Made by a program: the position numbers and the translations under genes
Notes under the pieces: model-generated
The model's database searches: none
What the model was told of the DNA's origin: nothing
What the model saw: only the letters and a program-made list of their open reading frames with translations
Assembly (NCBI GenBank): GCA_009778155.1
Contig: WRKI01000353.1
Location: 1 to 43,325 of the forward strand
Direction of reading: 5' to 3'
DNA length: 43,325 nucleotides
From: Spirochaetota bacterium
GTDB taxonomy: Bacteria > Spirochaetota > Spirochaetia > Treponematales > Breznakiellaceae
Shown: positions 20,117 through 31,895 of the stretch, piece by piece
Layout: each line of letters begins with the position of its first letter
Position numbering within the stretch: the first letter of the stretch is position 1

Positions 20117-20189
20117 AAAGCAGCATTGTGAAGGCATTTATGGCGAGAAAAAATTCGCTGTGGAAACAGCGTAACCTTATAGGGAAAAC

Positions 20190-20369
20190 ATGAGAAAAAT
20201 AGTTCAGTTTGTAAAAGAGTCCCATGCGGAGCTAAAAAAAGTAATCTGGCCAACAAGGGAAGACGTTGTAAGTTCGGTCAAGGTTGTTCTAATCTCTGTC
20301 GCTATAATAGCTATGGCTTTGTGGCTGGTAGATGTTGTCTTGCTTATGGGCATACGGGCGCTGTTTTAA
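20190..20369 (+). CDS. secE: Preprotein translocase subunit SecE
   Basis: Not in the track (59 aa): MRKIVQFVKESHAELKKVIWPTREDVVSSVKVVLISVAIIAMALWLVD...; ELKKVxWP motif plus a TM helix. Confidence 0.95.
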   Translation: MRKIVQFVKESHAELKKVIWPTREDVVSSVKVVLISVAIIAMALWLVDVVLLMGIRALF

Positions 20370-20402
20370 GCGGCGCTGTTTTAAGAGAGAGTAAATTAAA
20401 AA

Positions 20403-20993
20403 ATGGCTATTGGTTGGTATGTCCTGCATACATATTCAGGATACGAGAAAAAAATCGAAAAATCTATCCGTATGCTGATCGACAAAGGCGAGCTGGATAA
20501 GGATGTTGTCCGCGATATAAAAATCCCCGAAACTTCCGAGGTTGAAGTTAAGGACGGCAAAAAAAAGACTCAAAATAAAAAGATGCTGCCCGGCTACATT
20601 CTAATAGAAATGAACCTGCCGGACTCCGCCGCCGGCACTTGGAAGCTAACCTTTTCCAAAATAAAACGGATACAGGGTGTTGCCGGCTTTGTGGGCGCGA
20701 CGGCCACAGGCAAGCCGCAGTCCTTGCCGAGCCACGAAGCCCGTGAAATTTTGCAGAAGGCGGGCGAAATAAAGGGCGAACGGCCTACCCGGTCGCGCCA
20801 GTCATTCGCCGTGGGCGAAATGGTTAAAATTATCGACGGCCCCTTTGAATCTTTTTCGGGGGAAATCGAAGAGGTCAATATCGAGAAAAACAAGCTAAAG
20901 GTGATGGTCTTGATTTTCAACAGGAAAACGCCTGTAGAAGTAGACTTGTTGCAGGTCGAAAGAGATACGGGCAAAAAAGAAGCGAGCAAATGA
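20403..20993 (+). CDS. nusG: Transcription termination/antitermination factor NusG
   Basis: WYVLHTYSGYEKK, LPGYILIEM, KOW motif IIDGPFESFSG. Confidence 0.97.
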   Translation: MAIGWYVLHTYSGYEKKIEKSIRMLIDKGELDKDVVRDIKIPETSEVEVKDGKKKTQNKKMLPGYILIEMNLPDSAAGTWKLTFSKIKRIQGVAGFVGATATGKPQSLPSHEAREILQKAGEIKGERPTRSRQSFAVGEMVKIIDGPFESFSGEIEEVNIEKNKLKVMVLIFNRKTPVEVDLLQVERDTGKKEASK

Positions 20994-21047
20994 ATTTTTC
21001 CCAAGGCCGGGAAGCTGGCCTTGGAAAAGTTCAAAGTTATAAAAACA

Positions 21048-21103
21048 GTGGGAGAGGCTAGGGGAAGCCCCGCCTCGCAAGCCGGTTGCCGCCGGAACAC
21101 CAC
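21048..21103 (+). promoter_or_regulatory. Structured rplK leader, possible L1 autoregulatory site
   Basis: GTGG-GAG...GAACA-CCAC closing stem directly before the AAGGAG RBS; resembles L1-binding leaders (inference). Confidence 0.4.
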
Positions 21104-21115
21104 AAGGAGAGTCTA

Positions 21116-21547
21116 ATGGCAAAGAAAAAAATTATGGCAAACGTCAAACTGCAATGCCCTGCGGGAAAGGCAACACCAGCCCCTCCCGTCGGGCCTGCTC
21201 TTGGCCCCCACGGGGTAAGCGCGCCGCAGTTTGTCCAGCAGTTTAACGACCGCACCAAAAACATGGAGCCGGGGCTTATTATCCCGGTGGTCGTTACCGT
21301 CTATGCGGATAAATCTTTCACGTTTATCCTAAAAACGCCGCCCGCCGCTGTTTTGATCCAAAAAGCGGCCGGCATAGAAAAAGGTTCGGCAGAACCCCAC
21401 AAGGTAAAGGTTGGCAAGCTTCCAAAGGCAAAACTGGAAGAAATCGCCAAGCTAAAAATGCCGGACGTTTCCGCCAACGACATTGATGCCGCCATGAAAA
21501 TCATTGCAGGCACTGCCCGGTCTATGGGCGTGGAGGTGGAACGATGA
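21116..21547 (+). CDS. rplK: 50S ribosomal protein L11
   Basis: [15 protein letters not shown]; ATG at 21116 after AAGGAG. Confidence 0.98.
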   Translation: MAKKKIMANVKLQCPAGKATPAPPVGPALGPHGVSAPQFVQQFNDRTKNMEPGLIIPVVVTVYADKSFTFILKTPPAAVLIQKAAGIEKGSAEPHKVKVGKLPKAKLEEIAKLKMPDVSANDIDAAMKIIAGTARSMGVEVER

Positions 21548-22224
21548 AACGCGGCAAAAAATACAGGGACAGCAAAAAAAAATACAACCCGGAAACCTTC
21601 TACGAGCTTTCCGAAGCCTTGGCCTTTGTCAAAACAATCGCCTTTGCAAAGTTTGACGAAACGGTCGAAGTTTCGGTAAAACTCAACCTAAAGAAGAGCC
21701 ACTCGGTGCGCGACACCGTGGTTTTGCCCCACCAGTTCCGGGGCGAGAAAAAAATCCTTGTTTTCTGCAAGCCAGAAAAAGAAAAGGAAGCCCAGGATGC
21801 CGGCGCAACCTTTGTCGGTGCGGACGATCTTATCGACAAGGTAAAGGGCGGCTGGACGGATTTCGACGTGGCCGTGGCAACCCCGGACATGATGAAGGAC
21901 GTGGGCAAGCTCGGCATGGTGCTTGGTAGAAAGGGGCTTATGCCGAACCCGAAAACCGGGACGGTTTCCTTCGATATTAAGGGCACTCTTGCAGAGCTTA
22001 AAAAAGGCCGCGTGGAATTCCGCGCCGACAAAACTGGCGTTATGCACCTTGCGGTTGGCAAGGTTTCTATGGAGCCGGAAAAGGTCGCGGAAAATGTCAT
22101 GGCGGTAATTGCCGAGGTAAAACGGAAACGCCCGGTAGACCTAAAGGGCGAATATATCCGCACGGTTTCGGTGGCAAGCACAATGGGGCCCGGCGTTTGG
22201 GTAAACATTAAAGACGGGCAGTAA
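21544..22224 (+). CDS. rplA: 50S ribosomal protein L1
   Basis: [26 protein letters not shown]. Confidence 0.98.
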   Translation: MKRGKKYRDSKKKYNPETFYELSEALAFVKTIAFAKFDETVEVSVKLNLKKSHSVRDTVVLPHQFRGEKKILVFCKPEKEKEAQDAGATFVGADDLIDKVKGGWTDFDVAVATPDMMKDVGKLGMVLGRKGLMPNPKTGTVSFDIKGTLAELKKGRVEFRADKTGVMHLAVGKVSMEPEKVAENVMAVIAEVKRKRPVDLKGEYIRTVSVASTMGPGVWVNIKDGQ

Positions 22225-22236
22225 TAAGGAGAAAAC

Positions 22237-22779
22237 ATGGCGATCATAGCTAAAAAAATACAAGAGAGCAAAGTCAAGGCCATTGGCGAGCTAAAAGAAA
22301 GTTTTGGCACCGGGAACGACTACATTTTTACCGACTATCGCGGCCTTACTGTCGAGCAGATAACCAATTTAAGGAAGCTTTTGCGGGCAAAGGAAGTGCG
22401 GTACAAGGTTGTAAAAAACAACTTTGCGAAAATTGCCTTCGAGCAGTTGTCTGCGCCGGATGTTTCCGGGTATCTGGTCGGGCCTACCGCAATCGCGATA
22501 GCCCCCAAGGATTCAAACGAAGTTGCAAAAATCCTTTTCGACTTTGCAAAAGAAGCCCCTGTGTTAAAAGTCAAGGGGGCGCTTGTCGGGGATTCCGTGT
22601 ACGGCGCGGCCGAAACGGAAGCCTTTTCCAAATTGCCCGGACGGCTGGAGCTTATCTCTATGCTTATGTCGGTAATGAACGGCCCCGCAAGGAACCTTGC
22701 CGCCGCCATGAACGACATCCCGGCTCGCTTGGTACGGACGGTAAAGGCTGTTGCCGACAAACAGTCCGGCGGCGAATAG
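22237..22779 (+). CDS. rplJ: 50S ribosomal protein L10
   Basis: DYRGLTVEQITNLRK, KVVKNN, GPTAIA. Confidence 0.97.
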   Translation: MAIIAKKIQESKVKAIGELKESFGTGNDYIFTDYRGLTVEQITNLRKLLRAKEVRYKVVKNNFAKIAFEQLSAPDVSGYLVGPTAIAIAPKDSNEVAKILFDFAKEAPVLKVKGALVGDSVYGAAETEAFSKLPGRLELISMLMSVMNGPARNLAAAMNDIPARLVRTVKAVADKQSGGE

Positions 22780-22784
22780 TTAGG

Positions 22785-22819
22785 GAACCGATGTTTAGCT
22801 TCGAGTTAATCATCGGTTC
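22785..22819. repeat. REP-like hairpin, family A
   Basis: GAACCGATGTTTAGCT-tcg-AGTTAATCATCGGTTC, just after the rplJ stop. Confidence 0.6.
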
Positions 22820-23007
22820 ATTAAGCGTTTTAATCGTTTAACGACGAGTGAAATATACCGGTCAGGCTTAGGCGAACAGGGGGCGCAAACAAGGGTTGTT
22901 TGCAAGCCGGTTCGCTTGCTGCTGTCCTGTCCGGTAGATGGCCTTTTGAAACAAAGGCCGAGCGGGTTTCGTATGAGGCACGCAACACATGACTAGGAGA
23001 AGATAAT

Positions 23008-23394
23008 ATGGCAGCCACAACAAAAGAAGAGATTTTAGAAGCTATCGCGAGCATGACTGTTCTTGAGGTTTCGGAATTGGTAAAAATGATGGAAGAGAAG
23101 TTCGGCGTATCCGCCGCCGCACCGGTAGCGGTAGCCGCCGCCGGTCCCGCCGCCGCAGCCGCGGCCCCGGCGGAAGAGCAGACGGAGTTTACTGTCCTTC
23201 TTAAAGCCTTTGACGAATCCAAGAAGATTGCGGTTATTAAGGAAGTTCGCGCTGTAACAGGCTTGGGGCTTAAGGAAGCGAAGGACTTGGTGGAAGGCGC
23301 GCCGAAACCGCTTAAAGAAGGCGTTTCCAAAGAAGAAGCCGCTAAAATCAAAGATTCTGTTACCGCTGCAGGCGGGACAGTTGAGGTTCAGTAA
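23008..23394 (+). CDS. rplL: 50S ribosomal protein L7/L12
   Basis: [40 protein letters not shown]. Confidence 0.98.
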   Translation: MAATTKEEILEAIASMTVLEVSELVKMMEEKFGVSAAAPVAVAAAGPAAAAAAPAEEQTEFTVLLKAFDESKKIAVIKEVRAVTGLGLKEAKDLVEGAPKPLKEGVSKEEAAKIKDSVTAAGGTVEVQ

Positions 23395-23623
23395 GGGCGT
23401 ATCTTCCGCAAGGAATTTTTCTTGCGGAATGAAAAAAAAAGTTTTCCCATAGCGCGTGGCAACAAAGTTTATTGTTTTGTTGCCCCGCGTTATTATGTGG
23501 CAGGGGCTGTTCCAATTGGAGCGGCTTCCTTAGCCTCTCTGTTTCAAAGCTAATTTAGTTTTGGGGCAGGCTCTGGCGGTTATGCCGCCAATCAAATTCA
23601 AAGACCAAGAAGGGGAGCGGAAA

Positions 23624-26600
23624 GTGAAAACAGCCGAAAAACGCAAATATATCGGGAAAGATATTCAGGATGTAATGGATTTGCCAAACCTTATAGACAT
23701 TCAGCTTCGTTCATACGAACGATTTTTACAACTTGGCAAAGTCCGCCATAGAGAAAGGCCGGAACTCCAAGGGCTTGAAGATGTTTTTCAATCAACTTTC
23801 CCAATAGAAAGCCCAAACGGCGACATGGTTCTAGAATACGAATACTACACCTTCGACGAAGACAATGTAAAATTAACGGAACTGGAATGCAAGCAAAAAG
23901 GGCTTTCCTACGCCGTTCCCCTTAAAGCGCGTATCAACCTTGTTTTTAACCAAACGGGGGAAATCCGGCAGAAAAATATTTACATGGGCGACATTCCCTT
24001 AATGAGCGAGCGGGGCACTTTTATCATTAACGGAGCCGAGCGCGTGGTTGTATCCCAAATACACCGCTCTCCCGGCGTTATCTTTAACCACGACAAGGGG
24101 ATTTTTGCCGCCCGGATTATCCCCTACAGGGGCAGTTGGCTGGAGTTTGAAATCGACCAGAAGCGCGATTTGATCTACGCCAAGGTAGACCGCAAAAAGC
24201 GCATTCTAGGGAGCATTTTCCTTAGAGCCTTGGGCTTTTCCAGCAGGGAAGAAATAATCAATGCCTTCTATAATACTGAAAGTTTTGCGATAGAAGACGA
24301 CCAGAAAACAAGGGAGGAAATCTCCGGCAAGGTTCTGTCAGAGGCCGTTTGGATAAACAACGAAGCGGCCTACCGATCGGATGACTGGTCGGGCGGGGAT
24401 GCGCCGCCGGCAAACAACGGGCGCGGCGGCATGAAGAAAATCTACCGCGCCGGCGAAAAAATGCACCCCCACCATGTTGACGAGCTTTTGGCCGCCGGCA
24501 TAAGCTCGATCAAGGTGATCAAGTTTATCGAGCGGGAAAAGCCGGACGATGACAAATCGAAAAACCTTGCCCTTAACTCCAACATTTTGCTTAACTGCTT
24601 CGAGCGTGAGGAAATAAAGTTCGTCAAAGAAGACTCCGAAAATGACGAGCCTTCCAAAGAAGAAGCCCTTATGAACGTTTACTCCGTGTTAATGCCCGGC
24701 GAGTCCATGACCGTGGAGCAGGCGGAAAAAGATTTGCTCGGAATGTTTTTTACAAACAGACGCTACGATCTTGGAACGGTCGGCCGCTACAAGCTCAACA
24801 AAAAGTTCGACCACAATCCCTTGCTGGAAGAACTCACTCTTGAAAAAAAAGACATCATCGCCACGATGAAGCACCTGATTCGTGTTCATGCTGGCGACGA
24901 ACACATTGACGATATTGACCACCTTGGAAACAGGCGCGTGCGTTCCGTTGGCGAGCTTATCACCAACAGCATGAAAACGGCCTTTTCCCGGATGGAGCGC
25001 ATCGCGAAAGAGCGCATGAGCCTAAAAGAAACCGACACGATCAAGCCGCAGGAATTGATTTCCATAAAGCCCATTGTAGCGGCAATCAAGGAATTCTTCG
25101 GATCGAGCCAGCTTTCCCAGTTCATGGATCAGGTAAATCCGCTTGCGGAGCTTACCCACAAGCGCCGCCTTAATGCGCTTGGCCCCGGCGGTCTTTCCCG
25201 CGAAAGGGCGGGCTTCGATGTGCGCGATGTGCACTACACCCACTACGGGCGGATGTGCCCCATAGAAACCCCGGAAGGGCCGAACATCGGCTTGATTGTC
25301 TCTATGGCGAACTACACAAGGGTCAACGAATACGGCTTTTTGGAAACCCCCTACCGCAAGGTAAACCGGGTAAAAATTGGCGAAGACGACAAGAGGAAGC
25401 CCATTTACGAATGCACCGTTACGGAACAGGTTGAATACCTTTCCGCAATGGACGAAGACCGCTATTATATCGCGCAGGCTTCGGCAAAACTGGACACGGG
25501 CGGAACCTTTGCCGAAAAGCATATTTCATGCCGCCGGCAGGGCGACTACACGACGCGCTCCCCGGAGGAAATCCAATACATGGACGTTTCCCCCAAACAG
25601 ATCATTTCCGTGTCGGCATCGCTCATTCCCTTCCTTGAGCACGACGATGCCAACCGTGCGCTCATGGGTTCCAATATGCAGCGTCAGGCCGTGCCCTTGG
25701 TCTTCCCGGAAGCCCCGCGTGTCGGGACGGGCATGGAAGGCAAGTGCGCCTACGATTCCGGGGTTCTTGTAAAGGCCGCCCGCGACGGGGTGGTTGTAAG
25801 GGTTTCGTCTCTGGAAATAGTCGTCAAACCGGACGAGTCGGACGGGGCAAGGGCTTCTTCCCAAACCCAAATCGACCAAGACGGGAACGATGTTTACAAG
25901 CTGGCAAAGTTTCACCGGACGAACCAAGACACCTGTTACAACCAGCGGCCAATCGTAAAAGAAGGCGAAAGGGTTACCGCAGGTCAGGTGATCGGCGACG
26001 GCCCCGCCACGCAAAACGGCGAGCTTGCCCTGGGCCGCAACATTCTTGTCGGGTTTATGCCCTGGAACGGCTACAATTTCGAGGATTCCATTCTTATTTC
26101 CCAGCGTGTGGTAAAAGAGGATATGTTCACTTCGATTCACATCAAAGAGTTTATAATGGAAGTCCGGGAAACAAAACTGGGGCCGGAAAAAATCACCCGC
26201 GACATTCCCAACATCAACGAAAAAAGCCTCGACAACCTCGATCTGGAAGGGATTATTCGCGTAGGCGCAAAGGCGCGTTCCGGCGATATTCTTGTGGGCA
26301 AGGTTACCCCGAAAAGCGAAACGGAGACAACCCCGGAGTTCAAACTTTTGAACTCGATTTTCGGCGAAAAGGCCAAGGAAGTGCGCGACTCTTCCCTAAA
26401 AGTGCCGCACGGTATCGAAGGGACGGTTATCGACATTCAGCGGCTCAAACGCGCCGAACACGACAGCCTGAACCCCGGCGTGGACGAGGTGGTCAAGGTG
26501 CTCATCGCCACAAAGCGCAAGTTGCGCGAAGGCGATAAAATGGCCGGGCGACACGGCAACAAGGGCGTTGTCGCAAAAATCCTGCCGGAAGAAGATATGC

Positions 26601-27310
26601 CCTACATGGAAGACGGCACTCCCTTGGATTTGTGCCTTACGCCGCTGGGCGTGCCTTCGCGCATGAACATTGGCCAGCTTTTGGAAACGGAGCTTGGCTG
26701 GGCTGGCTCAACCTTGAACGAGTGGTACTCCGCCCCGGTTTTCCAGTCCCCTTCTATGGAACAAATCGAAGAAAAGCTGAAAGAGGCCGGGCTGCCCTTA
26801 ACGAGCAAGGCCATTCTTAGGGACGGCAAAACGGGCGAGCCGTTTGTAAACCCGGTTTTCTGCGGGGTCATCTACTTCCTTAAACTGCATCACTTGGTGG
26901 ACGACAAGATGCACGCGCGTTCAACCGGCCCCTACTCTCTTGTTACCCAACAGCCTTTGGGCGGCAAGGCGCAGTTTGGCGGCCAGCGTTTGGGCGAAAT
27001 GGAGGTCTGGGCGTTGGAGGCTTACGGCGCGGCCAACACTTTGCAGGAGCTTTTGACGATAAAGTCGGACGACATGACGGGGCGTTCCAAGATTTACGAA
27101 GCCATTGTCAAGGGCGAGGCTTCCACGACGGCGGGCATACCGGAATCCTTCAGCGTTTTGGTGCAGGAGCTTAGGGGGCTTGCCTTGGATTTAACGATTT
27201 TGGACATCAAGGGCAACAAGATTCCGCTTACGGAAAAAGATGACGAGGCGGCTCAAAAAGAAAAAGACAAGTCGAAAGACAAATCGGCAGATAAGTCTTT
27301 CTCCAAGTAA
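23624..27310 (+). CDS. rpoB: DNA-directed RNA polymerase subunit beta
   Basis: [44 protein letters not shown]; the GTG at 23624 follows a GGGGAG RBS (start somewhat uncertain). Confidence 0.98.
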   Translation: MKTAEKRKYIGKDIQDVMDLPNLIDIQLRSYERFLQLGKVRHRERPELQGLEDVFQSTFPIESPNGDMVLEYEYYTFDEDNVKLTELECKQKGLSYAVPLKARINLVFNQTGEIRQKNIYMGDIPLMSERGTFIINGAERVVVSQIHRSPGVIFNHDKGIFAARIIPYRGSWLEFEIDQKRDLIYAKVDRKKRILGSIFLRALGFSSREEIINAFYNTESFAIEDDQKTREEISGKVLSEAVWINNEAAYRSDDWSGGDAPPANNGRGGMKKIYRAGEKMHPHHVDELLAAGISSIKVIKFIEREKPDDDKSKNLALNSNILLNCFEREEIKFVKEDSENDEPSKEEALMNVYSVLMPGESMTVEQAEKDLLGMFFTNRRYDLGTVGRYKLNKKFDHNPLLEELTLEKKDIIATMKHLIRVHAGDEHIDDIDHLGNRRVRSVGELITNSMKTAFSRMERIAKERMSLKETDTIKPQELISIKPIVAAIKEFFGSSQLSQFMDQVNPLAELTHKRRLNALGPGGLSRERAGFDVRDVHYTHYGRMCPIETPEGPNIGLIVSMANYTRVNEYGFLETPYRKVNRVKIGEDDKRKPIYECTVTEQVEYLSAMDEDRYYIAQASAKLDTGGTFAEKHISCRRQGDYTTRSPEEIQYMDVSPKQIISVSASLIPFLEHDDANRALMGSNMQRQAVPLVFPEAPRVGTGMEGKCAYDSGVLVKAARDGVVVRVSSLEIVVKPDESDGARASSQTQIDQDGNDVYKLAKFHRTNQDTCYNQRPIVKEGERVTAGQVIGDGPATQNGELALGRNILVGFMPWNGYNFEDSILISQRVVKEDMFTSIHIKEFIMEVRETKLGPEKITRDIPNINEKSLDNLDLEGIIRVGAKARSGDILVGKVTPKSETETTPEFKLLNSIFGEKAKEVRDSSLKVPHGIEGTVIDIQRLKRAEHDSLNPGVDEVVKVLIATKRKLREGDKMAGRHGNKGVVAKILPEEDMPYMEDGTPLDLCLTPLGVPSRMNIGQLLETELGWAGSTLNEWYSAPVFQSPSMEQIEEKLKEAGLPLTSKAILRDGKTGEPFVNPVFCGVIYFLKLHHLVDDKMHARSTGPYSLVTQQPLGGKAQFGGQRLGEMEVWALEAYGAANTLQELLTIKSDDMTGRSKIYEAIVKGEASTTAGIPESFSVLVQELRGLALDLTILDIKGNKIPLTEKDDEAAQKEKDKSKDKSADKSFSK

Positions 27311-27439
27311 GGGGCTTGGCCGGGAACGCGGCTTTGGGGTAAAAACCAAACTGGCGTTTCCCGGACAAGTCTATAGAACAAATCGGAAACAATGGCGCGG
27401 CATTTAGCGGCGTAAATTCGCAGATTACAGAGGTTAAAG

Positions 27440-30400
27440 ATGCGGGATATTCAAGATTTTGACGCGATTATGATTAAACTTGCTTCACCGGAGGTTATTA
27501 AAGAGTGGTCTTATGGCGAGGTAAAAAAGCCGGAAACCATAAACTACAGAACGCTTAGGCCGGAAAAAGACGGGCTTTTTTGCGAAAGGATTTTCGGAAC
27601 CACAAAAGAGTGGGAGTGTTACTGCGGCAAGTTTAAATCGATTCGTTACAAAGGCGTAATTTGCGACCGTTGCGGCGTGGAAGTTACCCACTTCAAAGTC
27701 CGCCGCGAGCGTATGGGGCATATCGAGTTGGCCGCGCCTGTTTCCCATATATGGTACTACCGGTCGGTTCCCAGCCGCATGGGGCTTCTTTTGGACATAA
27801 CGACTTCCGCCCTTCGCTCCGTATTGTACTACGAAAAATATATCGTGATTGATTCCGGCGACACCGATTTAAGAAAGGGACAGCTTCTTACCGAAGAAGA
27901 GTATTACGAGGCGCATGAACGTTACGGCAGTTTTACCGCCGGCATGGGCGCAGAGGCTGTTAGCACTTTGTTAGAAAACCTGAACCTTGATCAAATGGCG
28001 GCAGAGTTACGTGCAAAGATGATCGAAAAAGGCCCCAAGAGCGACAAGCGGCTTCTTAAACGTATCGAAATCGTAGAAAATCTGCGAAGCTCCGGCAACA
28101 AGCCCCAATGGATGATTCTAACCGTGGTTCCCGTTATTCCGCCCGAACTGCGCCCAATGGTGCAATTGGACGGCGGCCGTTTTGCAACGAGCGATCTTAA
28201 CGATTTGTACCGCCGGGTAATTAACCGCAACAACAGGCTCAAAAGGCTTCAGCTTCTTAGCGCCCCGGAAATCATTATACGAAACGAAAAGCGAATGTTG
28301 CAAGAAGCGGTTGATGCGCTTTTTGACAACTCCAAGAAAAAGAAAGTGGTAAAAGGATCGTCGAACCGCCCGCTTAAATCGATTAGCGATATGCTAAAGG
28401 GCAAACAGGGGCGTTTTAGGCAGAATCTTCTTGGGAAAAGGGTCGATTATTCCGGCCGCTCGGTTATAACGGTGGGGCCAGAGCTGAAAATCTGGCAATG
28501 CGGCCTGCCGACAAAAATGGCGCTTGAACTTTTCAAGCCCTTCATTATGAAAAAACTTGTCGATAAAGATGTGGTTTACAATATTAAGAAGGCCAAGATG
28601 CTGGTCGAATCGGAATCGCAGGAAGTCTTTCAAATTTTGGACGGGGTTGTAAAGGAACACCCGGTCTTGCTTAACCGCGCCCCGACTTTGCACCGGCTTG
28701 GCATTCAGGCTTTTGAACCGGTGCTAGTCGAAGGCAAGGCGATAAAACTGCACCCGCTTGTTTGCCGCGCTTTTAACGCGGACTTTGACGGCGACCAAAT
28801 GGCTGTCCACGTTCCGTTGACACAGGCGGCGCAAATGGAGTGCTGGAACTTGATGCTTAGTGCGCGTAATCTTCTTAACCCGGCCAACGGCGAAACAATC
28901 GTTTTCCCCTCGCAAGACATGGTGCTTGGCATTAACTTTCTTACAAGAATTAACCCGAATGCCAAACGGCCGTTAAAATACCGCACAGTGCCGAACACGC
29001 AGGAGAAAAAAGCGGTTGTCCCACTGTATTCATCTACTGCCGAAGTTATGATGGCGGTTGAATGCAAGGCTCTGGATATGGAAGCGGCCATACGCATACG
29101 CGTAGATCAACTAAAGGCTCCCATTTGGGAAAAGCCGCGCGGGGAAGAAAAGCCGGCAAACGACGGAACCATTATAACTTCTGCCGGGCGCATTATGTTC
29201 AATGACGCGCTGTCGGCGGAGATTCCTTTCATCAACTACGAGCTAAAGGAAAAGGAGCTTAAAACCCTTATCGAATATGTGTTCAACGAAAAGGGTTCGT
29301 GGCTTACGGTCGAAATGCTGGATGCGGTAAAGGTTACGGGCTACCGTTATGCGACACTTTTCGGGGCGACTATCGGCATGGACGACATTGTCGTGCCGAA
29401 GGAAAAACCGGAATTGATCGAAAAGGCCAACAAGGAAGTCGAAAAAGTTTTGTCGGAATACCGAACAGGGGTAATTACCGGGGAAGAACGCTACAACCGC
29501 ATTGTCGAAGTTTGGACAAAAACCAACGAAGATTTGACCAACATTACAATGAAAACCTTGGAGGCCGACAAAAACGGTTTTAACTCGATTTACATGATGC
29601 AAAACTCCGGCGCTCGCGGCAGTCGCAACCAGATTCGCCAGCTTGCCGGTATGCGCGGCCTCATGTCAAAGCCCTCCGGCGATATTATCGAATTGCCAAT
29701 CCGCTCCAACTTTAAGGAAGGGCTGTCCGTTATCGAGTTTTTTATTTCGACTAACGGCGCGCGCAAGGGTCTTGCGGATACGGCTCTGAAAACATCCCAG
29801 GCGGGTTACCTTACCCGGCGGCTTGTTGACATTGCCCAAGATGTCGTTGTCAACGAAAATGATTGCGGCACTATCAACGGAATATCTTATGCGGCTGTGA
29901 AAGACGGCGAAGAGATTATCGAAACCTTGAGGAGCCGCATTGTCGGGCGTTTTACGCTTGAAAGGGTCTGGCATCCGATTACCGGCGACTTGCTTGCCGA
30001 CGTAAACGAAGAGATTAGCCACGAAAAAGCCTTTGCTATTGACAAGGCGGGTGTGGAATCGGTGCGTCTTAGAACGGTTCTAACTTGCGAAGCCAAACAC
30101 GGTGTTTGTCGCAAGTGCTACGGCCGCAACATGGCGACGAACCGCTCTGTCGAAATTGGCGAGGCGGTTGGAACCATTGCCGCACAATCAATCGGCCAGC
30201 CGGGAACTCAGCTTACAATGCGTACCTTCCACATTGGCGGTGTTGCGACAAAGTTGAGCGAGGAAAATCGCATCTCGTTTAAGTACCCCGTTTATATTCG
30301 GGAGATTTCAGGCAAGCAAGTTCAACTGGAAAACGGCAACGGGCTTTTTACCCGAAGCAAGGGGTATTTTATCATGAACAAAATCATGGCAAAGTACAAG

Positions 30401-31792
30401 CTGGAAAGCGGCGACGAGCTTCTTGTGCAAGACGGCAAGCGTATCGATCTTGGCGGGGCGATTATAAGGCGCGGCGGAAAGGAAATTCTTTCGCCGGAAG
30501 ATTCATACATTCTTGTCAAGGCAGAAGCCGAAGGGGATTGCCTGTACCTTATTGGCCGGGATCAAAAAATCGAGATTAAAAACGGCTCGACCTTTTTGTT
30601 CAAAAAAGGAAGCGTTGTCGAAAAAGAGGAAACAATCGCCACCTTCGATCCCTTTAACAACCCAATTATTGCCGAGGAGAACGGGACTGTCCAATACGAC
30701 GATATTATTTCCGGCTCGACCCTTAGCGAGCAGATTGATCCGCAAACTGGCAACATAGAAAAGCGCATAACGGAGTTCCAGCTTGAAAGCAGACAGCCTA
30801 AAATAAATATTTTAGGCGAAGAAGGCCTTTCGATTGCTTCTTATCACTTGCCTTCTGGCGCGATCTTAAAAATCGAAGACGGCGAAAGGATTAAAGCGGG
30901 CAAGACAATTGCCTTGACGGTAGACGAAACGGCAAAGGCTATTGACATAACGTCCGGCCTTCCGCGTATAGACGAATTGTTTGAAGCCCGCAAGCCGAAA
31001 AACCCGGCGGTTCTTGCCCATGTTTCCGGCACTGTTTCTTTCCAAGGGATTGCAAAGGGCAAGCGAAAAATTGTCGTGGAAGATGCCTGGGGCAAAGAGT
31101 TTGCCCATTTGATTCCCATTAGCAAACGCCTTACGGTAAGGCACGGGGACACGGTGGAAGCCGGCGAAGCTCTTTGCGCAGGGGCCGTAAACCCGCACGA
31201 TGTGTTGCACATTCAGGGGGAAGGCAAATTGCAGAGCTACCTCATGAACGAAATCCAAGAGGTTTACCGGTTGCAGGGTGTTTCCATAAACGACAAACAT
31301 ATTGGCGTTATCATAAGGCAGATGATGCGAAAAGTGGAAATACGCTTTGTCGGCGACACAAAGTTTATTTACGGCTCAACGGTCGATAAATACCGCTTCC
31401 ACGAAGAAAACAGCCGCGTTATGGAAAACGGCGGCCAGCCGGCGGTTGCCCAGCCGATTTTCCAAGGCATAACAAAGGCATCGCTCAACATCGATTCCTT
31501 TCTTTCGGCGGCAAGTTTTCAGGAAACTACCAGGGTGCTTACCAATGCGGCAATCATGGGGGGCGTGGACAGTCTGCGCGGCCTAAAAGAAAACATCATC
31601 ATTGGGCATCCTATACCGGCGGGAACTGGCGTTAGGCAATACAGAAACATCAAGCTGTTCGACGAAGACAGTCAAGACTTGGACAAGGATATTCAGGATA
31701 TTCTTGACAAGCGCAACAGGCTGGAATCGGAAAGCCACGATGAAAATGAACAACCTGTCGAAGAATTGGTGCGCGAAGAGGCCGCAGAGTAG
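27440..31792 (+). CDS. rpoC: DNA-directed RNA polymerase subunit beta'
   Basis: Zn-finger cysteines, catalytic [31 protein letters not shown]. Confidence 0.99.
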   Translation: MRDIQDFDAIMIKLASPEVIKEWSYGEVKKPETINYRTLRPEKDGLFCERIFGTTKEWECYCGKFKSIRYKGVICDRCGVEVTHFKVRRERMGHIELAAPVSHIWYYRSVPSRMGLLLDITTSALRSVLYYEKYIVIDSGDTDLRKGQLLTEEEYYEAHERYGSFTAGMGAEAVSTLLENLNLDQMAAELRAKMIEKGPKSDKRLLKRIEIVENLRSSGNKPQWMILTVVPVIPPELRPMVQLDGGRFATSDLNDLYRRVINRNNRLKRLQLLSAPEIIIRNEKRMLQEAVDALFDNSKKKKVVKGSSNRPLKSISDMLKGKQGRFRQNLLGKRVDYSGRSVITVGPELKIWQCGLPTKMALELFKPFIMKKLVDKDVVYNIKKAKMLVESESQEVFQILDGVVKEHPVLLNRAPTLHRLGIQAFEPVLVEGKAIKLHPLVCRAFNADFDGDQMAVHVPLTQAAQMECWNLMLSARNLLNPANGETIVFPSQDMVLGINFLTRINPNAKRPLKYRTVPNTQEKKAVVPLYSSTAEVMMAVECKALDMEAAIRIRVDQLKAPIWEKPRGEEKPANDGTIITSAGRIMFNDALSAEIPFINYELKEKELKTLIEYVFNEKGSWLTVEMLDAVKVTGYRYATLFGATIGMDDIVVPKEKPELIEKANKEVEKVLSEYRTGVITGEERYNRIVEVWTKTNEDLTNITMKTLEADKNGFNSIYMMQNSGARGSRNQIRQLAGMRGLMSKPSGDIIELPIRSNFKEGLSVIEFFISTNGARKGLADTALKTSQAGYLTRRLVDIAQDVVVNENDCGTINGISYAAVKDGEEIIETLRSRIVGRFTLERVWHPITGDLLADVNEEISHEKAFAIDKAGVESVRLRTVLTCEAKHGVCRKCYGRNMATNRSVEIGEAVGTIAAQSIGQPGTQLTMRTFHIGGVATKLSEENRISFKYPVYIREISGKQVQLENGNGLFTRSKGYFIMNKIMAKYKLESGDELLVQDGKRIDLGGAIIRRGGKEILSPEDSYILVKAEAEGDCLYLIGRDQKIEIKNGSTFLFKKGSVVEKEETIATFDPFNNPIIAEENGTVQYDDIISGSTLSEQIDPQTGNIEKRITEFQLESRQPKINILGEEGLSIASYHLPSGAILKIEDGERIKAGKTIALTVDETAKAIDITSGLPRIDELFEARKPKNPAVLAHVSGTVSFQGIAKGKRKIVVEDAWGKEFAHLIPISKRLTVRHGDTVEAGEALCAGAVNPHDVLHIQGEGKLQSYLMNEIQEVYRLQGVSINDKHIGVIIRQMMRKVEIRFVGDTKFIYGSTVDKYRFHEENSRVMENGGQPAVAQPIFQGITKASLNIDSFLSAASFQETTRVLTNAAIMGGVDSLRGLKENIIIGHPIPAGTGVRQYRNIKLFDEDSQDLDKDIQDILDKRNRLESESHDENEQPVEELVREEAAE

Positions 31793-31824
31793 AGGCCGCT
31801 GAATAGCGGTCGCTGAGTAACGCT

Positions 31825-31870
31825 ATTGCAGGGTGCGGTGTGGCACGCCGCACCTTGCAATGTTTTTTTT
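31825..31870 (+). terminator. Intrinsic terminator after rpoC
   Basis: ATTGCAGGGTGCGGTGTG-GC-ACGCCGCACCTTGCAAT long GC-rich stem followed by GTTTTTTTT. Confidence 0.8.
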
Positions 31871-31895
31871 CGAGTAACGGAGACCGGGGGTTAAC

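Noticed and set aside
20357-20385. Short direct repeat GGCGCTGTTTTAAG at the secE end (and a similar one at the rpoC end, ~31778-31806)
   Set aside because: Adjacent local duplications with nothing inserted between them; most simply replication slippage.
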